Source of the DNA: Isurus oxyrinchus | Taxonomy: Eukaryota | DNA length: 64,000 bases | Assembly (NCBI GenBank): GCA_026770705.1 | Contig: JANJGN010000036.1 | Span: 2,976,001 to 3,040,000, forward strand | Direction: 5' to 3' | Translations under genes and position numbers: made by a program | Notes under the pieces: generated by a model | Database searches by the model: none | What the model was told of the DNA's origin: nothing | The model's input: the letters and a program-made list of their open reading frames with translations, nothing else | In this document: positions 24,061-35,001 of the stretch, piece by piece | Layout of the letters: each line of letters starts with the position of its first letter | How positions within the stretch are numbered: the first letter of the stretch is position 1

Positions 24061-26664
24061 TCTTTCGAAATTGTTCCCCTTCAGATCTGGCCACGCATGA
24101 TTGCGAATTATACAAATTTCAACCTATCCCTTTCTCTATAACATGAATCACTGGGACATAAGTTTGCACATTTCACTCAGTTTAAAGTGAGTTTGCTGAT
24201 TGGTGCACATGGGCACTTTTGGTTGAAATAGAAACACAAACGTGAATTTCCACAGCGCCTTCAATGAGCTCAGAGGATCACAAAGTTCCTTCCATTCAGT
24301 TGAATAATTTCTGACGTGTCATCTCAGCTCTTGTGTAGGAAATGAAGCAGCCAATTAGGGCGCAGCAAGCTCCCACAGTGTGATTATGAGCAAATGTTGA
24401 TTGAAAGAAAATATTGCCCCGAGGACCGGGGAGGGGTGAGTTGGGGGGATTGGGAACTGCACGCATCCCCTCCCCTAATTCCTGCTCCTTTTATTCTTCC
24501 AATATTGCATGTGGAATATTTTGGGATAGATATTGAAGACAAGAAAGAATAAAAATTGGGAGGCCAAAACAGGCAGGCCAAAAGCAGCATTGAGTTGGGT
24601 ATCATGAGCTAAAATAATATACAGACTGAGATCTGGCTGTTGGACCATGCGTATCAATGTTGCCATGGGTTAAACTGGACTGATAAATGTTTGATGGCTT
24701 GCAGCAGCTTTTAAATGGACGGACCGTACTGATCACCTCAGCCCGCCCCCCCCCCTCCCCCCTACCACCACCGCCCCGCCCCCCTCCCCACTACCACATC
24801 CCCAATCTTCATGGAAAGGAACATAACGAATTTGCCTGATTTGCCCTTCACGCCTGCTCCACCACTGAATAATGGCTGGCCTTCTGCCTCAACTGCACTT
24901 TCTCTCAATTCCACTTGTTCCAAAACTCTACTGATCGCTGCATTGAACGCACGCGGAGACTGGGCATCCACAGCTCTCTAGCTGGAGAATTCCTAAGTTT
25001 CACAAACCTCTTAGTGAATAAATTTCTCCTCAACTCAGTCCTGAATAGGTAACACCTTATCCTGAGATTTGATACCGAGTAATGGACGCTCCAGGCATGC
25101 CGGGGGCTGGGTGGGGTCGAGATTTGGAAAACCTCTCAGCATTAACCCTGTCAATTCCTTGGAGAATTTTACATGTTTCAATGAGATCACCTCTAATTCT
25201 TCTAAGCTCCAAAATCTATAGACCGATTCTACTCAATCTCTCCTCATTGAGCTACTGCCCCCATGCCCTGGACTCCCTGCTCCACTAGAGGAAACACTTT
25301 CTCTCTATCGATTCTACTAAATCAATTTACCATATTAAACTCCTCAATCAGGTCACACTTTAACCTCTCACCTTCGAGGAATGAAAGCCTAGCCCGTGTA
25401 ACCTGTCCCAGTAATTATAACCTTATATTTCCTTTATTTGCCTGCTGAACTTAGATTTGGTTTATATAACCCAACAGTAGAAGCTAAATTCACATCCACG
25501 AGAATGCTACTGCTAAAAGTTTATTTTTACCCGCAAGGGATTTATTGGATATTTTCGGGGAGATGGATCTTGAAAAAGCCTTAAAAGGGAGCTCTTTGTT
25601 ACTCTGGAACCTGACCCGTTTGTATCTGCTGGTTCTGGATTAACGAGAATTGGAACATCTAGACTGATGTGACTTTGATCGGTAAAGCAATGAAGCAGGT
25701 GTGGTGTCCTCCTCCTTCCTCCCCTCTCTCTCGCTCTCTCTCCCTAACTGACTATCGTGTTGCTAATGTTTGCAAATCTAGGATTAGGAAAACAGTAATA
25801 TCTAGGCTGAAAAATAAATTCGATCTAGATTGCATTCCATCATGTTGGCAGTTACATTATACAATGATAATTGGGTTTCCATGGCAATACATTTCTATCA
25901 ATTTGCCCACAATATCCCAGCCATGAGAAGGGAATACTCCAGTGGTGGGGATTTCTGGGAACAATTGCTCCTCGGTCAACTGTTTTTTTTCCAAAACAAA
26001 CTGCACTCACTCTAAGATTCTGACTTGTAGGTTTAAATTTAAACACAAACAAAACCGACTGTGTAAAAGTGAAATTGAACCTTCGTAAGTTTGCTACATC
26101 GCCTTCCAGTTCTGTTGTGTTCTAATCCTGTAAATCATTAACACAGCTCCTCTCAGACAGAGAAACCCACAACTACCAGCAACTCAACCCAGGACTGATA
26201 TTGCCTTTTCAAAATAAATTGCAGTTACAGCCAGGTGACATTTAGTTATAAGCTACATATTGATCAAAACAAACTTCTACTGTGTCGTTAAAATCGAAGA
26301 ATAATTTATTTTATTTATATACAGACATTTGCAGGGAAATAACAATCCTGTCAGTAACTGGAGTTACATGGTCCGCATAAAAGATTGAGAAAAACTCAAT
26401 GGAGTCCCGAACCTTTGCTCAATATTACTTTCACACATGAATTACACTAACACAGTGGAATATCCCTCGCAATATTTAAGGCAGCCTATTTCATATTTTT
26501 TTTAAAAAAATGAGGCAGTCTCTGTAAGCCCTGACGATTGCATGGGGAAAGCTTAACTTTTTGATGCTGGTCTCCATGGCGCAACGTTTATTTCCATAAT
26601 GCTGTGGGTTCTTTGGAAAATCGTCTCTCCTCCACCATTCATCGGAGAGAAAACACCCGGATTC

Positions 26665-26745
26665 TCAACTGCGACCCGCCTTCTTTTTTGATCTGTTTTC
26701 CAATGCAGCCATGTCCAAATAGGCGTAGAGAGGTCCGCCCTGAGA
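26665..26745 (-). CDS. B1 terminal exon with YxxL (SQGGPLYAYLDMAALENRSKKKAGRS*)
   Basis: tttcccag acceptor. Differences from the 14532 copy are mostly synonymous or conservative in this frame. AATAAA follows at 26587-26592 (minus). Confidence 0.6.
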   Translation of the reverse strand, partial: SQGGPLYAYLDMAALENRSKKKAGRS

Positions 26746-29700
26746 CTGGGAAACACATTTAACATTGATGTTCAAAAATACTTTGAGAAGACGCATCAGA
26801 TTATCTCGACCCGCAATCGCATTTCATAAAATCATAGAATGATACATCAAGGAGGAGGCCATTCGGCCCATTCTGTCCCTTCCGGGCTTTTTGAAAACGC
26901 CATCCAATTAGTCCTACTGTACCCTTCTCTGACCCCTTACCCCAACTATTTCCTGCCCTTCAAGTCTTCATTCTTGAAGTTACTTTTGATTCTGCTTTCA
27001 TTGCAGTCTGTATCGATTTGACATTTTTGTCAAGAATTACCTGAATAAAAGTTTTGTAACAGATAAGCAAAATTCGGAAAGCAATTAACACAAAATTCAC
27101 CAAAGTTTATTCAGAAAACTGGAATGATGACGCTATCGATTTGAATGGATTACTCTGCTGTTCACTGGCCAATTCGGTTATCGTGTTTCGCCGTGCGTCT
27201 TGTACAAGATAGAATGATGCACAAAATCAAAATAATTTCGTTTATATCGTTCCTTTCACGTCTTCAGGAGGGCACAGAGCACTCAAAGGCACTTCTCAGA
27301 AACGTAGTTGCTGTTCGTCGTTTATGATATGCGGCAGCCATCTTGGGCATAGCATGATCCTTTAAAAAGGATTTTGATAATGGCCCAGATGACTCATTTT
27401 TTGAGATTTTGGTTGAGGGGTTAAATATCAAACAGGACACAGGCGAGAACCACGCCCTGCTCCTTCTCCAATACGGCTGGCGACATCTTTCAGCCAACCT
27501 GAGGGCGCAGCCGGAATTCCGTTTAAAATTTCACCTGAAAACAGTATCTCTAAATTGCAATACTCCCTCAGCCCTGCACTTGAATGTCAGTCTAGACTAA
27601 TTGCTCAAGTCTCTGGAGTGAGGCCTCCTTGGATTAAGAGGTGTGTAAGGGGATTTTGGGTGGTGGGGAGGGGGGGTGGGGGGGGGTGCGAGGGAGAGAG
27701 ATACATGAATACCCATTGAGTCAAGGCTCACAATCACGCTCAGTCTCACAATCAAACGCACACACAGAGTAGCACACTCATATTCTCCAGAACTTATTAC
27801 TTCTTTGTTAACTTACTACCCTGGGTTTGGCCTTATCTTCACTCTAATTCCAGTGGCTAAGATATTTTGAAAAAACACAATGGGGTGGACGATGGAGGAA
27901 GGAGGACCGTGCAGGAGCGGATCTGGACTCACCGTGGAAATAAGCAAGGTTTATATAAAATGTCGGACAGCAGGACATCCGGAATATAAACTGCAGGGTA
28001 TCGGCTATACAGACATAACAGACATTCTACCAGGAACAGATGGGTAGAGGGCGGGTGGAATTGTACTGATTTCAGTTAGAGGGAAAGGAATTGTGACACA
28101 ATTTCAGCTGCTCGAGACTGTGACCTGCCCTCTGTTAACCATGTTAATATCCGGCATATGGCGCCATGGATTTATCCCAAAACTCATGTTTTCCTGCATA
28201 TTATTACAACAGTTTCAATGCTCTCACCTGTATTCCACCCTGATCTGTCCTATTCGCCGCTGTTTGACGGTGATCACCTGTGTGTTAATGGATAGGATAT
28301 GAATTGAATTGTCACCCCAGACGACAAAGTCTAAAGTTACTGACAGAGGATTGCGTGCTAATGACCACGAATTCACCAATGGCTCCAATACATCAATGGG
28401 CCACAACGACATTGGGCCCCCAAACCGTGAAAACTCATCAATTTGCCATTTGTTCCTAAAACTTCAATGAAGCCCAATTCGACAATGGTGGTTAAGCACT
28501 CCTAACACCGGTGTCTGTTGTCCACTCTATATTTGGTATATTACTGCCAATATTAAGAAGCAATAAATTGCCCTTTTATGAGACCAACAGATACTTCAAC
28601 AACAAAGAGGGGGAAGTTCTGGACCTTATATTCGGCTTGAGTCAGGGCAGGAGGAAGGCCTATCAATAGAGGAACATTTTGGCAACATTGAACATAACTC
28701 AGTTAGATTTAGGATAGCTATGGAAAAGGATAAATTTGGGCTGGGAGTAGAAGTTCTAAACTTGGGAACGGCTTATTTTACTAAGACGAAATACGATTTG
28801 GCCCAAGTGCACTGGGAGCAGCTACTTGCAGATAAAACTTTGTCAGAGCAGCAGAAGGCATTTAAGGAGGAAATGGCGATAAAACAGGGCAAATGTGTTC
28901 CCGTGAAGACATGGGGTTGGGGGTGCGAGGAGCAAGTGCAGGGAACCCTGGATGGCAAGGGGCATAAGCGTTAGGATTAAGGCGAAAAGAGATGCTTATG
29001 GCAAATACCGACGACTCGATACGGCAGTGTCACTTGAGGAGTGTAAAAGGTGCAGGGTGGGTCTTTAAAAGGAAATTAGGAAAGCTAAGAGAGTGCATGA
29101 GAAAGCATTTGTGGGTAGAACAAATGAAAACCCAATGGGGTTTGTTTATTTAAATATATAAAAGGCAAGAGAATAACTAGGGGAAGAATAGGGCCAATTA
29201 TGGACCACAGAGGTAATCTATGTGTGGGACCGGAAGACGTGAGTGCAGTCCTCAATGAATACTTTGCTTCGGTCTTCACAATGGGAAAGGACAACACAGG
29301 TATAGACATCAAAGTGGAAGACCGTGAAATATCTGAGGCAATTAACATATACTGACAGGCGGTACTAGAGGTTATAGCGGCCTTAAAACAGGATTAATCC
29401 ATTGGCCCCGATGAGACTCATCCCAGGCTGCTGAGGGAGGCAAGGAAAGAGGTATCAAAGAATCTGGCAGTAATTTTCAAATCCGCTCTGAGCACAGGCG
29501 GGGTGCTCAATTTGTCCCATTATTAATATAGGGAGGAAAAGTTAGACAAGGGAATTACAGGCCAGTCAGTCTAACCTCGGTGGTGGTGAAGCAACTAGAA
29601 ATAATTCTGATGGGTGGAATATACTTGCACTTGTAGAAACACTGATTAATAAGGGATAGTCAGCATGGTTTTGTTCAGGAGCTTGGGGTACATATCCACA

Positions 29701-32700
29701 GATAACCGAAGGCAGCCGGGCAGGTAGATAAGGTGGTTAAGAAGATATATGACATGCCTTTAATAGCTGAAGTGTAGAATACAAGAGCAGGGAGGGTTTG
29801 TTGGAACTGTTTAAAACGCTGGTTAGACCCAACTGGAGTACTGCATGTAGTTCTGGCCCCCACATTATATGAAGGATGTGATTGCACTGGAGGGGGCGCA
29901 GAGGAGATTTACCAGGGTGCTGCCTGGTCTTGAGAGTCTGAGCTTGAGGGAAGATTGAATGGGTTGTGGTTGGTTTCCTTGGATCAGCGAACATTGAGAG
30001 GGGAACATATCGAGGTCTATAAGGTTATGAGAGACATAGGTATGGTAGATAAGAAGGCACTTTTTCCATTAGTAGAAGGGCAATAACCAAGGGGCACAGA
30101 TTTAAGGTAAGGGTTAGAAGACTAAGGGGGCCTTTGAGGAGAAATGTTTTCGCCCTGAGTGTGGTTGGAGTATGCAACTCACTGCCTGAAAAGGTGGTTG
30201 AGTCAGCAATTCTCGTCACATTTAGAAAGCATTCAGATATTCATTTGCGTTGCCATAGCCTCCAGGGCTATAAGCCAAGCGCTTGAAAATGGGATTAGCG
30301 TAGTCAGATCTTTGTTGACCGGCGCGGACACGATGGGCTGAATGTCGTGTTTCTGTGCTGCAAACGACAATGAGTCTATGAGTCTATGAAAATGATCGTA
30401 GAACATTCTGATTGTGGGAAAAGTACTCTGCAGACAGTAAGAACATGTACACATATTGCAAATGTTTCAAATCAAAGAAATAGGCGACAGCCATTCTCTC
30501 GTTCTTTCCCCAGGGCAATATCGTGACCAATCACTTAAACTGTCTGGTTTGAATTTTAACAAAGCTTCGCAGTTAACTTTCCATGCAAACACCTCTGCCA
30601 GTCACGAACCACATGCGAAACATTCTGTACTCTCTTCTCATGAAATATAAATTGTCTCCCTTACATTTGGTATTCTTGTGATTTCTTCTAATGACTGCAA
30701 GTCCAAAAGCTTCGACATCATGCTCTTTACTTTGGCAATTTACCCAATTTGGCATTTAATCTCTTCCAACATGTCAATGCAACTTACCCGATTGCCGTTG
30801 ATTCGGCCTCTCGGTTTGCCTTTTCTCTCTCAAGCTAAAACTGGATACGGACAGAAATATCAAACACGTGTTAGGTCTTGTAAGTCCTGGTTCAGGCGCC
30901 GGAAATAGTTGAGGAGAGAATTGCCCAACGATTTAGAATCTAACTTAAACAATCATAGAACATTTCTAAATAAGCTATTTGAATCGGTGTTGGGGTTGAA
31001 CTAGGTTTGACACACTGCAAAATAGAAAAAGATTGTTGGTGATGAATTTTGAAAATGGTTAAATTACTCACTTTTCATTGGGGGATCTCCTGCCTCGCTC
31101 TTCTGGAAGAAAAATGTGTAATTTGTTATTGAAAACCCCGAGAAGGGAATCGCATTGGCGAAATAAGTATTGAAATGTCCCTTATAACCATTAATCCTCA
31201 CCTGATCTGCTGTTTTTACGAATCCAAATGGAAATAAGCACCAAGAGTAGAATCAGTACCAGCAGGGTGGTTATTGCAACAGGAAAAGCCAGTTTGCACC
31301 AACCTACAGAGACAAAACATTCAGAAACTGCTGGGGCTCTCTGAAGGGAAACGTGATCCAGTTAAAAAGCTGGAGCCTCAAACTCGGGTGTGAAAGTAAA
31401 TTTTTAAAAAGTCAGTGGGACTGAGAGCGGAGAATGGATGCGCAGATTGGACTCAACGGTGCTGCATTTGCTAGTAGACATGAATTAACTTACAGCACGG
31501 CCAGGATTTTTCCACATGCTTAGTGTATCAGTATGTATGATCAAAAGCATCATACCAATGTTTTGGTTGAAAACTGAATCTTAGAATGATACGGCAAAGA
31601 AGGAGTCTAACAGCATATGTGGAAAGGAAGACAGAGTTAATGTTTCGAGTCCATATGACTCTTCTTCAGATCCACGGACTCGAAGCCATAACTGTTTCTT
31701 TCTCTCCACAGATGTTCTCAGACCTGCTAAGGTTTTTTCCAGCAGTTTGTGTTTTTGTTTCAGATTTGCAGTATCCGCAGTGTGTCGCCTTTATTAAAGA
31801 AGGAGTCTAGTCGGCTCATCGTGTCTGACTTGGCTATTTGAAAGAGCTATCCAGTTATTCCTACTATCCCTGTTCTTTAACACAGAGCACTGGACATTTC
31901 CCCCATTAAGTATTTATTCGATTCTCCTTTTGAAAGTTACTATTGAACCTGCTTCCACCGCCCTTTCAAGCAGAGCCTTCCAGATCAGAAACACTCGCTG
32001 AGTAAAAAAAAAGCGTCATCTCCTCCTCTGGCTCCTTTTTGCCGATTGTCTTCAATGTACCCCCAGGTTACCGATCCTCCTGCCACTGGAAACAGTTTCT
32101 CTTTATTTACTCTATCAAAGGCACTCATGATTCTGAACGCCTCGATTATAAATCCTCTTAACCTCCTCCGCTCTAAGGAGAACAATCCCAGCTTCTCCAA
32201 TTCCTCCAGATTAACTGAAACTAATTCTGATTAGAGGTCTATTTCTGGTCAATCTCCCCTGCATCCTCTACAAGGCCCTGACATCCTTCCTAACCAATAG
32301 TGCCCAGAACTGAGGACAGTGCTACAAACCTGGCCAGCCAGAGGTTTATTAATTTTAAGCCTATCTTTCTTGGTTTAGTCTCGATTCCTCCATTAATCAA
32401 GTCAAGAGCTCCACGCCTTTCAAAAACAATTTAAGTTTATCATTCCACCTCCAAGCATTTATCATATCAGAGAATGATTACAGCAAAGACGGATGACTTT
32501 CAGCCCATCGTGTCTGTTCAGGCTCTCTGCAAAAACAACTCACTGAGCTCCACTTCCCTGCCTTTCACCGTTATCTTGCATTTTGTTTGCCTTTTCAGGT
32601 GATTCTCCAATTCCCTTTTGAAAGCAACGATTAAATCTCTTTCCACTACAGTCCCAAACATTCCATTCCTGACCTTAACCACTCGCTGCACAGAAAGGTT

Positions 32701-33656
32701 TATCAACTTGTCGCTGTAGCTCTTTCTACCAATCAGTTTAAATCAGTGACCTTAGGTTACCAATCATCCCGCCAATGGGAACAGTTTCTGCCAAACTGAG
32801 CTTTACAGAAACCATTTAAATTTGAACACCTCTATCAAATCTCCTCTAAACCTTCTCTTCTCCAAGGAAAGCAGCCCCAGTTTCTTCAATCAATGCATTT
32901 AACTGAAGTTCCTCATCCCTGGAACCCTTTTAGAGAACCAATCCTGCACTCTCCCGCTTCACATTCTTCCTAAAGTTCTGTGCCCATAACTAGACAGAAT
33001 AATTTAGTTGAGGCGAAACCAGAATGTTGTAGAGATTAATCATGGCTTCCCTTTCTTTTGGACTCCCTGCCGTACGTTAAAAGACCAGGATCCTCTATGC
33101 TTTCTGCGCTGCCTTGACACGATCAGTGAATTGTGCATCTGAACCCCCATGCTCGCCCACATGTTTTACATGTGATAAACTTGAACTGATTCGAACAATC
33201 CAAATTACCAAATATTCAGATCCTCGGTTTATTGTTACATAAGATTGCTGATATCAGGGATTAAAAGTAAAATAGATTTTAAGAGGAATTTGGAGAAGAT
33301 AAATGTGGTTCCGGGGTGTAAAAGAGGAAACTAAATGGACGACAAGTCTCAGCAAACATGTCCATTTTACGGAACAATTTCACTCCTTGGCTGTTGTTTG
33401 TTTGCTCGCAAAGCGCATTTAGTTCAGAACTGACCTCAGCTCCATTACAAGATCCAGTGCATGAAAAGGGCGATGCAAGCAGATTCAATAATGACTTTCA
33501 AAGGAGAAATCTATGATTCTAAGGTCTCTGCAAAAATATAAGGCGGAACAAGAAAGTATATACAAGAGCAAAAGCCTATCCTGGGCAGGAGAAACAATAA
33601 TTTATTTTAACATAATTTAACAAGTGAGCGCACAACACACACACGAACATACACAC

Positions 33657-33708
<52 letters not shown>

Positions 33709-35001
33709 CACACAAACACACACATTCAACTTTCGAGTCAATTGGAGTGCCGACTATGAAATTAATACATCCAAGAGATAAGCCGATATACTTGTACATT
33801 ATTTCTTGGAGGCCTTCAGTTGACAGTCGGCAGGATCTTAGAAGCTAGACAATTACTCCAGCTGATACCAAAGTTGAATACAACCCTCCATTGTACAGGT
33901 CACAAACTCACTTGCCCATGTCCCTGCTGCCTTGGAGAATGACACGCTCTTTGTCCAGTTTTTGCTTAGAGGCCCCAGTTGAACAATACAAGAACAGAGA
34001 CCGCCGCTCCTCCACGTTTCCCTCGACACCGTGACGTGACTTCTGATGCTGTAGGTCCCGTCCGCCTCCCTTGTACCGGGATTCCTCTGTCCCTCAGTGA
34101 CAAGGCCAGAAATATTCCAGAAAATAGCAATCTGATTGGAAGAAACTCCACTGACCAAACACACGAAGGGGACGGTTTCCCTCAAACGCAGCTCCCCACG
34201 CGGGACAAACACCAGCACAGCCGTATTTTCGGTGGAACTGTCTGGACAGAGATTGGAACACAGTTAACGATTAAATTGCACCAAATGATAATGCAATGCA
34301 TGATCTGAATTAATTTCACTTGCTCTCTTGCCTCCAATTAGTAGCGTGGGTCCATTCTGCAGCGATGCATAGACATCCTTATTAGCACAGTAGTAGGATC
34401 CCGAGTCATTCACCTGGACATTGCGAATTTCCAAAATCAATACATATTTGCTGTTGCCTTTTTTCGAAGTAAACTTACAGTTAGCCCCCTGACAGGGAGG
34501 GATATCGATTAATTTCGGGGCTTCACCAACACGTTGTTTGTACCAGAAATAGCTAGACACCAATTCCACTTCGTAGTTTTGGTGACAGCCTATTTCCACC
34601 GTCTCTCCGACTTCAGCTGTCATTATGAAGGGACTCTGAGACAGAGAGGGCTCGGATTCTGTAACTAGAGAGACAACTGTTACATTACCACTGATTATTC
34701 AGAGATAGGAAGCATCACCTTTAAACAAAATCGCCCGTAATTTAAGAAGCGTCTCATTATTGTCTCTAATAATTCTTGGTTAGACTAATTCTGCAATTTG
34801 CCTTTTCTTCGCTCTATAGCAGAAAACAGAAAACAAGCTCACATGCACTCGTCAAATCCCTTCACCTAAGCACCGGGTCACATTTTCAACTCGGTAAACA
34901 TTCTAGCTGATTTCAGTTTAAAATTCTCCCCCCGCCTCTTGCTCACCGTAAACCCGCAGCACTTGGAAAATGAGCATCAGAGATAAAGATTCCTTAGACA
35001 T
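26665..35001 (-). CDS. Gene B1: second chain type of non-rearranging V(J)-C1-TM receptor; ectodomain and TM intact, cytoplasmic splicing uncertain
   Basis: Exons 35001-34947 (leader), 34664-34332 (V), 34241-33912 (C1) and 31303-31202 (TM) are all open. Candidate tail exons are 31102-31072, 30840-30788 and terminal 26745-26665. Confidence 0.8.
28590..30390 (+). mobile_element. CR1 LINE, about 1.8 kb degraded ORF2 3' part, in a B1 tail intron
   Basis: CR1 motifs (gggaattacaggccagtcagtctaacctcggtggt; gatagtcagcatggttttg) and 3' tail (atgagtct)n. Confidence 0.85.
31202..31303 (-). CDS. B1 TM exon (SWCKLAFPVAITTLLVLILLLVLISIWIRKNSRS)
   Basis: tctctgtag acceptor, G|gtgag donor; juxtamembrane Cys, uncharged TM core, basic stop-transfer segment. 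Confidence 0.87.
31810..33120 (-). mobile_element. Tandem CR1 3' fragments
   Basis: ORF 31985-32200 EKLGLFSLERRRLRG…EAFRIM…; a second copy at about 32470-33120. Confidence 0.75.
33635..33724. repeat. (CA)n microsatellite
   Basis: Direct reading. Confidence 0.95.
33912..34241 (-). CDS. B1 C1-set exon
   Basis: VLVFVP…VPFVCLVSG…IFWNIS…DGTYSIRSHVTV…TWRSGGLCSCIV; tccag acceptor, A|gtgagt donor, 330 nt. Confidence 0.9.
34332..34664 (-). CDS. B1 V exon with joined degenerate J-like G strand
   Basis: SLSQSP…VEIGC…FWYKQ…APKLI…DSGSYYC…LQNGPTLLIG; extra pair CQGANC; probable GC donor GAG|gcaag. Confidence 0.9.
34947..35001 (-). CDS. B1 leader exon (MSKESLSLMLIFQVLRVY)
   Basis: ATG in aagATGt context, phase-1 donor G|gtgag. 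Confidence 0.75.

Noticed and set aside
27817-27860. Possible extra B1 tail exon on the minus strand
   Set aside because: It does not restore the YxxL frame without a stop in any combination tried.
5006-35001. Calling the cluster a TCR or Ig light-chain locus
   Set aside because: No separate V/D/J segments or RSS, each gene has its own TM and multi-exon tail, and the TCR TM (CART) motif is not evident.
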